Below, piece after piece: positions 29,548 to 38,433 of a DNA stretch of 64,000 nt. Within the stretch, counting starts at the first letter, position 1. Each line of letters starts with the position of its first letter. A program made the translations under genes and the position numbers. The DNA is from a virus. The stretch lies in the IMG/VR virus record IMGVR_UViG_3300006750_000002, positions 96,001 through 160,000 of that record; one strand, 5' to 3'. The notes under the pieces were generated by a model. That model was not told the DNA's origin. It searched no databases and saw only the letters and a program-made list of their open reading frames with translations.

Positions 29548-30145
29548 AAAAACGGTAAACGGGGATTATAGTAATATAATGTATGACGACATGAAAGACA
29601 TGTTAAATAAGGTACGTTTTATAAATGAACAAGTGGACGGTGAAATAAATGTTGATATGGATGACGAACCTGAATCACGACCTCAGGTGGAAGAAGAGAA
29701 GACTAAAGAATATACTGTCAGTGGTGGAAAAATTATAGTACATGGTGCCACCGAACAAGATTTAGTTTTAACTGAGGAAGAACAATCCACATTTCAAGAA
29801 ACTATGGAACAGTTTGTTGAAGAAGTGTCAGATATGGCACAATACCATCCCTTAAATATTTATAAAAACAATGTAGAATGGTCGGGAGACCTTCTAAGGT
29901 TTGATGTAAGATTCTATTATTCTATTGCGGAAGTAGAAGGTACTTACATTGGTAACGCAAATATGGTTAAGGTAGATAATAAATTTATGGAAATCCTAGA
30001 AAAAGTTAAAACTTTTTACAGTACGTTTGAAGCTAAGTGGGCAAAGATTTTAGCTGATAGAAGAACTACACAAGTAGAAACTGAAGAAGGGTTAGGTGAT
30101 GATGAACTTGGGGTTGACGTAGAAATGGATAGTAATATAGAATAG
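29525..30145 (+). CDS. Acidic hypothetical protein with an RFINEQ motif
   Basis: 206-aa ORF in an operon context; no family recognised. Confidence 0.65.
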   Translation: MKKMKYNKKTVNGDYSNIMYDDMKDMLNKVRFINEQVDGEINVDMDDEPESRPQVEEEKTKEYTVSGGKIIVHGATEQDLVLTEEEQSTFQETMEQFVEEVSDMAQYHPLNIYKNNVEWSGDLLRFDVRFYYSIAEVEGTYIGNANMVKVDNKFMEILEKVKTFYSTFEAKWAKILADRRTTQVETEEGLGDDELGVDVEMDSNIE

Positions 30146-30152
30146 AAAAGAT

Positions 30153-30464
30153 ATGAAAGAATTTTTAAAAAAAGCTTGGAAATATATTTTAGGGTTTATA
30201 GGGTTCTTTGCCGGGTTAGTTTGGTTCCTAAACTCAAACACTAACCGAAAGGTGGAAAAGCTAAAAGACCAGATTAAGGATAATGAGGGGGACACTAAAG
30301 TAATTAAAAAAGAGTTAGAACGTACTTTAAAGGCTAAAGGTCGGATAAAGAAAGATATAAAGTCTACCGACGAAAAATTAAAAAAGGTTAATAACAAAAA
30401 ACCTAAGATTAAACGTAAGACGGGTAAACAAGCCGCGGATGACTTAAAGAAGAGACTAAAATAA
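30153..30464 (+). CDS. N-terminally membrane-anchored basic coiled-coil protein
   Basis: WKYILGFIGFFAGLVWFL TM segment followed by a K-rich coiled coil. Confidence 0.7.
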   Translation: MKEFLKKAWKYILGFIGFFAGLVWFLNSNTNRKVEKLKDQIKDNEGDTKVIKKELERTLKAKGRIKKDIKSTDEKLKKVNNKKPKIKRKTGKQAADDLKKRLK

Positions 30465-30890
30465 ATGAAAACACATTTACGAACGTTAGTTAAATTACAC
30501 ATAGGGCATCTTCTCATATTGGCACTCTTAATATTATCTGGTGGTGTTCTAAATGCACAGACGGTAGACACTTCATTTACGTTTAGTGAATGGGAAGTGA
30601 TAAAGCTAGACTCAATAATACAAGCACAAGAACAAACTATTAAAATTCAGGGTGAGAAAATTGAAACGTTAGAATCCCAATTGCTTAACTATAAACTACT
30701 AAACCAGCAAGACAGTCTACATGTAGCTTTATTAAATCAGAATGTGGACTTTTTAAATAGTAGAATTAATCTCTATATTGACTTGAATAAAGAATTAAGA
30801 CCTAAATGGTACAATAAACCAGGGGTACATTTTTTCTTAGGAGCGTTGACCATAACTACCAGTGCTGTAGTTCTTAATTTAATCAGGTAA
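30465..30890 (+). CDS. Secreted or membrane coiled-coil protein with a signal peptide and C-terminal TM
   Basis: Hydrophobic signal ending VLNA-Q, a coiled coil, and a C-terminal hydrophobic helix. Confidence 0.65.
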   Translation: MKTHLRTLVKLHIGHLLILALLILSGGVLNAQTVDTSFTFSEWEVIKLDSIIQAQEQTIKIQGEKIETLESQLLNYKLLNQQDSLHVALLNQNVDFLNSRINLYIDLNKELRPKWYNKPGVHFFLGALTITTSAVVLNLIR

Positions 30891-30933
30891 CAAACCCTAT
30901 CTTCTTAGTATTTATATGATATACCTTGTATAG

Positions 30934-31191
30934 ATGGCACTTACTAACACAGACAAAAAAGAGATAGAGAGAATTGCTAGAAAAGAAATCAAAGACTTCC
31001 TTAAAACTACTTCTTTTGAAAAGGACGTTATTGATGTGGTGGAAAAACAACTAAAAAGAAAGAATAGTAAACTTTCTAAAACTCATCGTGCGGAAGTGGT
31101 AGATGTGAGCACTAAGGTATTAATAGAACTATATAAAACTTTCTGGTTAAGAAGGAATTTTTGGGATAGCCAAATTAAAAATGTTAAGTAA
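30934..31191 (+). CDS. Hypothetical late protein
   Basis: 85 aa; TATTTATA at 30909-30916. Confidence 0.7.
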   Translation: MALTNTDKKEIERIARKEIKDFLKTTSFEKDVIDVVEKQLKRKNSKLSKTHRAEVVDVSTKVLIELYKTFWLRRNFWDSQIKNVK

Positions 31192-31193
31192 AT

Positions 31194-31943
31194 ATGAACG
31201 CATTAGACCAACATGAACGTAATATGAAAAGAATGGTTAACAATGTTAGCCAAGAATTAGGGCCTAGAAAAGGAATTGAAGCTGTTAAATCACGAGACGA
31301 ACTTATGAAAGTAGCTGAAACTAACGAAGAGTTAAGTGAAGATGAAGAATTCGAAGAACAAACTTCTGCGGGTGCGTCAGGGGCATTTGTAGCTCCTATG
31401 GGGTGGACAGCAGACCAGGGAATAAATAAAGAGGAAGAATTCGAAGAACAAACTTCTGCGGGTGCGTCAGGGGCATACTCCCAACCCGCTATATGGGCAA
31501 AAAATAAAAAGAACTGGAGAGCGGTAAGTGACCCTAACTTTCCTAAGTATGGGGGACCTGGAGCGAAATATGTTAGAATAAAAGAAAAATGTGGAAAGTT
31601 TCCATATTGTAACCAAGGGAGTATGGACGCTTTAGAGTTCTATGAAGATAAAACTTTACAAGAAGCTATTAAAAACGTTTCTAAAAAAACTAATAAATCA
31701 GAAACTTATTTAAAAAATATAATTTTACGGGAGATGCAAAGCATGTTTCAAAAAGACATGAAAAAATATAAGGTTGAAAAAATGAAACCTTACAAAAAAA
31801 AATACACTAAAGAAGAGGTTGATGAGATGATTAAGAGAGGGTTTTACCATTCACCCATCACATCTTTAGTGGGTAATGTGAAAATGGATAAACCCATTGG
31901 TCAGATTTATTCCATGAAAGGTAATAAACCTAAGTACGAATAG
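31194..31943 (+). CDS. Hypothetical late protein with a duplicated EEFEEQTSAGASGA segment
   Basis: 249 aa; contains a 43-bp perfect direct repeat. Confidence 0.7.
   Translation: MNALDQHERNMKRMVNNVSQELGPRKGIEAVKSRDELMKVAETNEELSEDEEFEEQTSAGASGAFVAPMGWTADQGINKEEEFEEQTSAGASGAYSQPAIWAKNKKNWRAVSDPNFPKYGGPGAKYVRIKEKCGKFPYCNQGSMDALEFYEDKTLQEAIKNVSKKTNKSETYLKNIILREMQSMFQKDMKKYKVEKMKPYKKKYTKEEVDEMIKRGFYHSPITSLVGNVKMDKPIGQIYSMKGNKPKYE
31344..31476 (+). repeat. 43-bp perfect direct repeat, period 90 bp
   Basis: gaagaattcgaagaacaaacttctgcgggtgcgtcaggggcat at 31344-31386 and 31434-31476. Confidence 0.95.
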
Positions 31944-31982
31944 GATTAAATGTATATTTATATAATATAAAAGAAAAAGGTC

Positions 31983-32747
31983 ATGTCTAAAATTAAAGTA
32001 AATAAGAAAGTGAAAACCACTATTCAAGACATTTTTGAAAGTGAACTTAAACCTATGGTGCAAAAAGAGATACTTAAAAAAAGAGTTAAAAAACACATTA
32101 GAGAGGCAGCAAGTGATACTCATAATTTTCCAGGGTATGTTCTAACAAATCAAGCTTTACAGGATTCTAAAAAATCTAATGATGAAGCTATGGATGCGGT
32201 TTATGATAAGATTAAAAATTACTTAGATATTAAAAATAATTCACACGCGTCTTTTCCACATCAGAATAATTCTAAAACTGACTACCAATCACCCATGTAC
32301 AGAAATAGTACTGGAGAAGAAGAATATATCGAAGACTGGAGAGGCATGGGACTTACAGACTTACAGTATCAAAACAAACCAAACAAACAGTTTGAAGACC
32401 AAGTAAATGATTATATTGATGGGTCTACTAGAACCGGCAATAACACGGGTAAGGACTCGTCAGGTCAAGAAGTGGGCAATGTAGTACCTTCTAAACTAGG
32501 TAAAGACATTCAAAAGCAGACTAAACGGAAGTATAAGAAACTCCAAAGTGACGAGTGGGCAGAGGCTATCCCCAATAGGTACGGTAATAGAAAAGCTAAC
32601 GCAAATTACATGGTAGCCGAAGCACTTAACGAATTGACATATAACGTATTATATGGCTCTTTAAAGGAAGGTTTTAGTAATGATAACCAGAAAAGATTAA
32701 TACTGGAAGAAGTCAGTAAAGAATTAAAGAAAAGAGAGGGTAAGTAA
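31983..32747 (+). CDS. Hypothetical late protein (several LxE motifs)
   Basis: 254 aa; TATTTATA at 31955-31962. Confidence 0.7.
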   Translation: MSKIKVNKKVKTTIQDIFESELKPMVQKEILKKRVKKHIREAASDTHNFPGYVLTNQALQDSKKSNDEAMDAVYDKIKNYLDIKNNSHASFPHQNNSKTDYQSPMYRNSTGEEEYIEDWRGMGLTDLQYQNKPNKQFEDQVNDYIDGSTRTGNNTGKDSSGQEVGNVVPSKLGKDIQKQTKRKYKKLQSDEWAEAIPNRYGNRKANANYMVAEALNELTYNVLYGSLKEGFSNDNQKRLILEEVSKELKKREGK

Positions 32748-32798
32748 TTCTTACTTCTAAAACTTTATTAAGTAACATTCTTTCCTATATTTATCTTT

Positions 32799-33266
32799 AT
32801 GGGAGATAGAAGAAAATTTTCACATTTAGAATTTTATAGATACGTTAGTGAACCAGTACCCCAAAAAGACTTGGATGTGTGGTTTAAAGCTAATGATATT
32901 ATCCAAGAGAAGTCCGAATTATTTTTTTACTTTATAAAATCACTATATGTATTAGTGGATAAAACGTACCTGGGTCCTGACATCATAAGAGATGTGGAAA
33001 GCAAAAATCATTTTAAATGGTGTTGGTCTAAGGTGGTAAGTAATTTAGAGAAAGAAGGCATTAGATTTAATGAGAGCGGGGAACATTTTGACTACTTTTT
33101 GAATTTCTTTTTAGAGTCATTTTATTCTTACGACAGTACTTTAGTTATTGATAAGGTAGATAAATTTTTCTCTACCCTTTTCGTCATCAAAGACCGAAAA
33201 ACCAAATCGGAATTAGACATTTATACAGAACTATATAAAACTTTAGACAATAATCTTATCAAATAA
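32799..33266 (+). CDS. Hypothetical protein
   Basis: 155 aa; TATTTATC 3 nt before the ATG. Confidence 0.7.
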   Translation: MGDRRKFSHLEFYRYVSEPVPQKDLDVWFKANDIIQEKSELFFYFIKSLYVLVDKTYLGPDIIRDVESKNHFKWCWSKVVSNLEKEGIRFNESGEHFDYFLNFFLESFYSYDSTLVIDKVDKFFSTLFVIKDRKTKSELDIYTELYKTLDNNLIK

Positions 33267-33352
33267 AGTTGACTTATCACCATCTTAGGGTTAGTTTTTT
33301 AATGTAGGCCATAAACTTACGCAATAATAAATTTTAAATTAATACAAAAAAA

Positions 33353-33529
33353 ATGGAGACATTAATACAACTTAAAGAACTAGTAGAAAGCCTATCTGTA
33401 GATACTAGTAAATTTTTTGAAAACACGAATAAGAGTGCTGGGACTAGAGCAAGAAAAACCGCACAACAAATTAAGAATTTGTGTCAAGACTTACGAAAAG
33501 AAATTTTAATCGCTAATAAAGGAGAGTGA
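33353..33529 (+). CDS. Histone H1-like (Hc1/HctA N-terminal-type) small nucleoid protein, 58 aa
   Basis: Hand-translated METLIQLKELVESLSVDTSKFFENTNKSAGTRARKTAQQIKNLCQDLRKEILIANKGE. NKSAGTRARK...LRK matches the Bacteroidota 'histone H1' motif NKAAGTRARK. Absent from the ORF track. Confidence 0.75.
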   Translation: METLIQLKELVESLSVDTSKFFENTNKSAGTRARKTAQQIKNLCQDLRKEILIANKGE

Positions 33530-33531
33530 CC

Positions 33532-33726
33532 ATGAAATTAATAACAGAATTTTTATTTTTACTTTCTGTTTTATTAATGATGAGGTACTTAATTGTGTTC
33601 GGTGTTAATCTTATGAGTAATCCACCTAAAAAAACAAAGATGAGACATTATAAAGATATTCCTGTGGATGAGATAATTATTTTTTTTACAATATCTTATT
33701 TTTTAACATATATAATTTTTAAATGA
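33532..33726 (+). CDS. Small two-TM membrane protein
   Basis: Two hydrophobic helices; ATG at 33532. Confidence 0.6.
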   Translation: MKLITEFLFLLSVLLMMRYLIVFGVNLMSNPPKKTKMRHYKDIPVDEIIIFFTISYFLTYIIFK

Positions 33727-34202
33727 GTTTATTTGACAACATACAAAGAATTGGTAAATGTTTTTATGGGATTAGGAAACATGAAAATTATTTTATTTTA
33801 GACTTAATGTTTCCAGTTAATTGGGCCTATGAGGGGTTATTCGATAAAGAAAAAATAGCTGTTAAAGTTAATAAAAACTCTAATGGGACATTTGTGGTTT
33901 CTTTTTACTGTCTAGATACTAAGGACGAAGTTAGTTTTTTAGAAACTGAAGTTATACGAATTGTTAGGATAAATCAAGACGAGGAAGATAAACAAAGGCT
34001 ATTGGTAGAGAAAAAAGAAGAACTAGAAAGGTTATTTATGTCTAAAAACTTAGAAGATTTAAAGAATATTACCTTTAACCATAAAACTAACGTTGAACTA
34101 CCAGACATATCACTAACAAACCATAATGGGAAAGATAACAAAGACACTGGAATGGTTGCAGAAACAGGTGAAAAAGGACACCAACCAAATCCAAAACCAT
34201 AA
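33723..34202 (+). CDS. Hypothetical protein
   Basis: 159 aa; ATGA overlap with the previous gene. Confidence 0.65.
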   Translation: MSLFDNIQRIGKCFYGIRKHENYFILDLMFPVNWAYEGLFDKEKIAVKVNKNSNGTFVVSFYCLDTKDEVSFLETEVIRIVRINQDEEDKQRLLVEKKEELERLFMSKNLEDLKNITFNHKTNVELPDISLTNHNGKDNKDTGMVAETGEKGHQPNPKP

Positions 34203-34557
34203 AAGTAAAACTATAGAGAAAATTAAAATTGAATTACCTACGTTTGAAAAAAACCATCTGGATATGCCACAGTTTAGTGAGAAATATTTAAAAGAAAAGA
34301 AGGAAGAAAGGGACGCACCAAAGGTTATGGAGGGATATTTAGTTTCCCTCCTAAATCTTTCAGACAATTTACCCTTCACAGTCCTAAAATCAGAAATGAG
34401 TTTTACAGTAGATTCTAACACCTATGTTAAAATATTGAAAGAAGTGGAAAGGATTAAAGTGGGTGAGGATGTGGAACCAGAATTATTGAATATAGACCCT
34501 ACTTTTGACGTACAAATAGGAGAGATTTTAGTAACATTTATATTAGGAAAGGATTAG
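34126..34557 (+). CDS. Hypothetical protein overlapping the previous gene by 77 nt
   Basis: 143 aa; start position uncertain. Confidence 0.55.
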   Translation: MGKITKTLEWLQKQVKKDTNQIQNHKSKTIEKIKIELPTFEKNHLDMPQFSEKYLKEKKEERDAPKVMEGYLVSLLNLSDNLPFTVLKSEMSFTVDSNTYVKILKEVERIKVGEDVEPELLNIDPTFDVQIGEILVTFILGKD

Positions 34558-35186
34558 TAGGTGTAGTGCTTATAAAGTAAGGTTCTGGAAAATCCCTTAG
34601 ATTCTAACAAGTTGTATAACTCTTTTCTTTGAATGGTAGATAAATCCCTACTAATGAGAAAATTAAACTTCCCTTTATCTGCAAAATATTTTTTAATACA
34701 CGATAAAAATCTAGAGGATTCACTCACATTTTTTAAACTGAATAAGTGGAATAAGTCGTTATTTTGTATGACAATTTTATTGTTAAGTGAGAATATTTGC
34801 ATTATATTCTTACTGTTTAGGTATCTATCGTATAATTCTTTAAAGTAGACCCTCTTTTCTAATTGGTGGTCATAAATCTTCTCCTCTACATCAAAAGGGC
34901 GTATCTTGAGAATTTGGTATTTTTTATTTTTCATTATAACCTCAGTTAATCTTCCTAATTCATCTCTCCTATGTATTGGTGATTTCTTGCACTGACCCAG
35001 GCATACTAAAGCTAGCTCAAATGAACACTCCCTTTTTTTATTATATTTTACGGGAAATATAACATTTGATTTTTTATGGATTTCTTTGTATTTTTTATTA
35101 ATGTTAGTAAAGATACGAGAAGTCGCGACAATTCTTTTTTTTGATTTGTTGTTAAATAAAACAATTTGATAACTAGTAACATCCAT
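34554..35186 (-). CDS. Basic hypothetical protein, antisense within a plus-strand gene run
   Basis: 210-aa K-rich ORF filling the gap between plus-strand genes, with no competing long plus ORF. Confidence 0.7.
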   Translation of the reverse strand: MDVTSYQIVLFNNKSKKRIVATSRIFTNINKKYKEIHKKSNVIFPVKYNKKRECSFELALVCLGQCKKSPIHRRDELGRLTEVIMKNKKYQILKIRPFDVEEKIYDHQLEKRVYFKELYDRYLNSKNIMQIFSLNNKIVIQNNDLFHLFSLKNVSESSRFLSCIKKYFADKGKFNFLISRDLSTIQRKELYNLLESKGFSRTLLYKHYTY

Positions 35187-36137
35187 ATGAAAAATTATTA
35201 TGAAATTTTAGGTATAAGTAAAGAGGCAACAGCGGAAGAAATAAAAAAAAGTTATCGTAAACTTTCACTGCAGTACCATCCAGATAAAAACCCTGATGGG
35301 GAATCGAGGTTTAAAGAGCTATCAGAAGCTTATAGCATATTGGGGGATGAGGAGAAAAGAAGTAAGTACGATAGTGGGGGGATGAACATGGAAGACATGT
35401 TTTCTAATGGTGGGAACCCCTTCGATATGTTTGGTGACCTATTTGGTGGTAGGGGGTTCAACAACTCTCCCCGCACCCGTAGGGGTAAGGACCTTAACGT
35501 CAATCTTAATATAACTCTAGAGGAATCTTATTTCGGCAAAGATAGAGCTTTAAGGTTTAATCGAGTGTCCACCAATAACAAAATGTGTGGTACATGTAAA
35601 GGCCATGGGGTTGTACAACAAATGGTGCAACATGGACCTTTTAGGCAAATGATTAATAGTGTGTGTGTTTCCTGTCAGGGAAATGGATTTGAAGGTGGCG
35701 GGTTCCACAACAACGAAGAAATTAAATTTTCAATACCTAGAGGGATAGATGATGGCTTATTGATGAAATTGAGGGGAAAGGGAAATTCCGTATGGGGTGG
35801 AATAGACGGTGACTTATTGATTAAAATAAGAATTTTACCACATAGTCATTTTAAACGTGCCGCTGAACAACTCCATTATATGTTAGATATGAACTTCGTA
35901 GATATTTGTTTAGGGAAAGAAATCCTAATAAACCATTTTGACGGACCTATTAAGGTAGATGTCCCACCTAATTCAGATTTTAAAAAACCCTTAAGGGTAA
36001 AAGAAAAAGGATTTTATGATAGTACAGGTTTTAAAGGGGATTTATATGTTTTCATAAACCCAACAATCCCCCAACAGATAAACCAGAGTGAAATAAAGTT
36101 ATTGGAAGAAATAAAAAAAGAAGAAAATTTTAACTGA
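35187..36137 (+). CDS. dnaJ: DnaJ/Hsp40 co-chaperone with a shortened zinc finger
   Basis: [10 protein letters not shown]-domain with HPD, G/F region, two CxxCxGxG repeats, and the C-terminal GDLLI / GDLYV domains. Confidence 0.9.
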   Translation: MKNYYEILGISKEATAEEIKKSYRKLSLQYHPDKNPDGESRFKELSEAYSILGDEEKRSKYDSGGMNMEDMFSNGGNPFDMFGDLFGGRGFNNSPRTRRGKDLNVNLNITLEESYFGKDRALRFNRVSTNNKMCGTCKGHGVVQQMVQHGPFRQMINSVCVSCQGNGFEGGGFHNNEEIKFSIPRGIDDGLLMKLRGKGNSVWGGIDGDLLIKIRILPHSHFKRAAEQLHYMLDMNFVDICLGKEILINHFDGPIKVDVPPNSDFKKPLRVKEKGFYDSTGFKGDLYVFINPTIPQQINQSEIKLLEEIKKEENFN

Positions 36138-36322
36138 TGGGGAAGAAAAAATGTAAAGGTTGTAAAAATAAACCTATGGGAGATTTAAATGGGCAAAAAA
36201 AAGAGGAAGAGACATTATCCCCTCTTGCCAAAACCCTAATTGTTATTTACACGGTATTGGCAGCGTATGGTGTGGTACGATTAGTAATTGACTTAAATTC
36301 ACTGGTAACTATTTTATGGTAA
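36137..36322 (+). CDS. Small basic protein with an N-terminal CxxC and a C-terminal TM
   Basis: [12 protein letters not shown]...LIVIYTVLAAYGVVRLVI. Confidence 0.6.
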   Translation: MGKKKCKGCKNKPMGDLNGQKKEEETLSPLAKTLIVIYTVLAAYGVVRLVIDLNSLVTILW

Positions 36323-37491
36323 TGGAAGAACAATTAAATTTATTTAATACTGAACAAGACTATTTTGATTTTGAGTTGATGAAACAAAAGTTAATAGATA
36401 ATCTCGACATGCTAAAAGAGATGAGTGTGGAGGAACAGACACTATACAAAAAATGGCAGGAAATGAATAAGGGGTCTAAAATGTCTAAAATAAAAAAGAA
36501 ACTTCTGGGTTATAAAAATAATTTATGGGCACCTACAGATATGTTAGATGTGGGCTTAACGGTAAAGGAGATAATGGAAATTGAACCTTATGTTGTTATG
36601 GCAACACCAGGAAAAGGGGTTACCGAATGGGTAAACTACCGAAAACTCATCCACACAATGGAATGGGTTGCAAACCCTGGACGTAATATGAAATTCTGGG
36701 TAAGAGATAGGAAAACAGATAAAGTCCTTGGTTTGGTATGTTTGGGGTCTGACGTTACAAGTATTAAAGTTAGAGACGCTTACATAGGTTGGGATAAAAC
36801 CAACAAGTTTGACCAACACAAGTTAAACAACACCGCTATAGCTACAACTATATGTTCTACACAACCAGGTGGGTATAATATGTTAATGGGTAAATTAATA
36901 GCAGCATTAACTACTTGTAAAACAATCAGAGATGCTTGGGAAGAAAAATACGGCGATAAACTAATTGCTGTAGGAACGACAGCACTGTACGGAATTAACT
37001 CAATGTATAATGGAATACCACACTTCAAAACGATGGGGGAGACCTCAGGTAAAGTTAGGTTAAAACCTGATGATAGTGCATACCTACCATGGAATAAATG
37101 GTTAAAGGAAAATCACCCAGAAGAACACGCAAAAGCTATAAGTGCTACAGGACCTAAACAGAATATCCTTAACAAGGTTTTTAAACATTGTGGAATAAAA
37201 GGGTCCACATACGACCACGGATTCAAGAGAGGAGTTTATCTCGCAATGATGTATGACAATGGTTGTGAGTTCTTACGAGAAGAGGTAAAAGAGAAGGACC
37301 TAAAAATGAAGAAGAAATTTCAAGACGACATCACATATACAGATAAGTGGTGGAAGAAAAAAGCGGTTGGGAGGTATAAAAATATGTGTGAACAAGATAG
37401 ACTTAAACCAGAACACCTATTCTATTGGGACGCAATAGATATCTCTTGGGAACAGATGAAGGAAAAATATTTAAAAGAAGTGGGAAGGTAA
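36316..37491 (+). CDS. DUF4338 (DruA-like) family phage protein
   Basis: NPGRNMKFWVRD...LGLVCLGS...RDAYIGW...GYNMLMGKLIA and TTALYG motifs recognised by eye. Confidence 0.65.
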   Translation: MVMEEQLNLFNTEQDYFDFELMKQKLIDNLDMLKEMSVEEQTLYKKWQEMNKGSKMSKIKKKLLGYKNNLWAPTDMLDVGLTVKEIMEIEPYVVMATPGKGVTEWVNYRKLIHTMEWVANPGRNMKFWVRDRKTDKVLGLVCLGSDVTSIKVRDAYIGWDKTNKFDQHKLNNTAIATTICSTQPGGYNMLMGKLIAALTTCKTIRDAWEEKYGDKLIAVGTTALYGINSMYNGIPHFKTMGETSGKVRLKPDDSAYLPWNKWLKENHPEEHAKAISATGPKQNILNKVFKHCGIKGSTYDHGFKRGVYLAMMYDNGCEFLREEVKEKDLKMKKKFQDDITYTDKWWKKKAVGRYKNMCEQDRLKPEHLFYWDAIDISWEQMKEKYLKEVGR

Positions 37492-37609
37492 TGGGGGGCA
37501 CAAACAACACTAATAGTGACATTATTCATTTTAGAAGTTGTAGTTCGGTTAACAGATGAGTTATCAACCCAAGACGTTAATTAATAATTTGACAAAACAA
37601 TAAAATATC

Positions 37610-37852
37610 ATGAAAAAAAGAACAATAAACGAATTAAGGCAGGTTAAATCCTATGGGTATAGGCCACCATCACCGTCTAAGGTAAAAGTACCTAAACAAA
37701 TAACAAAAATAATTGACAATTATTATGAGAAAGTTAATTTTGACCCACAACATATTGTTGATTTAATAAAGGCATTCCCGAATGATGAAGATTTAGGTAG
37801 AGAAATGAGAAGTTACTATCACTTTATGTTGGAGGAAAAAAATATTAAATAG
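37610..37852 (+). CDS. Hypothetical protein
   Basis: 80 aa; FPNDEDLGREMR motif. Confidence 0.6.
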   Translation: MKKRTINELRQVKSYGYRPPSPSKVKVPKQITKIIDNYYEKVNFDPQHIVDLIKAFPNDEDLGREMRSYYHFMLEEKNIK

Positions 37853-37884
37853 TTTGGTTTATTAGATTATATTATTTATGTTTG
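37853..37884 (+). promoter_or_regulatory. Bacteroidota sigma-A promoter
   Basis: TTTG-N20-TATGTTTG. Confidence 0.7.
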
Positions 37885-37922
37885 TTGAAAGAAATTTATA
37901 ATTATTAAAAATAAAAAACACC

Positions 37923-38243
37923 ATGAGAGTAACTAAAAAAGAAAAAATGGGAAATTACATTTGTAAAATAGGTAAATACGATATTAGACAAATTGTTAAG
38001 CAGGGCGGTATTAGTAGGGGTGGTATTAGTAGGGGTGGTATTAGTAGGGGCAGTTTCGGTAAGGTAACCCACCAAAAAGGAAGTTGTGAAGCGAGGATAT
38101 ACCTTGGTAAAAAATTAATACAAGGTAATGTGAAAGATATTAAAGAAGCTATTAATAAAGCTTTTGAAATGACTTGTAAAGAAGGGGCACAACAACAGGT
38201 AGATAAAAGATTATTGGAAAAGCATAATTTAACTTGTGTTTAG
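37923..38243 (+). CDS. Basic hypothetical protein with a (GGISR)x3 RGG-like insert
   Basis: 106 aa; downstream of a host-type promoter. Confidence 0.65.
   Translation: MRVTKKEKMGNYICKIGKYDIRQIVKQGGISRGGISRGGISRGSFGKVTHQKGSCEARIYLGKKLIQGNVKDIKEAINKAFEMTCKEGAQQQVDKRLLEKHNLTCV
38007..38050 (+). repeat. 15-bp tandem repeat ggtattagtaggggt, ~3 copies
   Basis: Seen directly. Confidence 0.95.
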
Positions 38244-38330
38244 ACAACCATAGGTGATGCAGGTAATGATAGTGATTCCACAGTAGGCACCTTAAGAGCG
38301 AAAAAAATCTATTATTTTTAGAAATTTATA

Positions 38331-38369
38331 AAAAAGGGGGAAGGGGTAGAACCACTCCCCCTTTTTTTT
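38331..38369. terminator. Bidirectional intrinsic terminator
   Basis: AAAAAGGGGG...CCCCCTTTTTTTT. Confidence 0.75.
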
Positions 38370-38433
38370 AGGTATAATGTGTGGGTATTTATTGAAGAGA
38401 GGTGATATTTATAACTAAACAAGAAATCTAGGA

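Noticed and set aside
37491-37559. 22-aa ORF MGGTNNTNSDIIHFRSCSSVNR
   Set aside because: Too short with no motif; expected by chance.
38244-38321. In-frame 25-codon extension after the TAG of the GGISR gene
   Set aside because: No motif support; the region is explained as a 3' UTR leading to the terminator.
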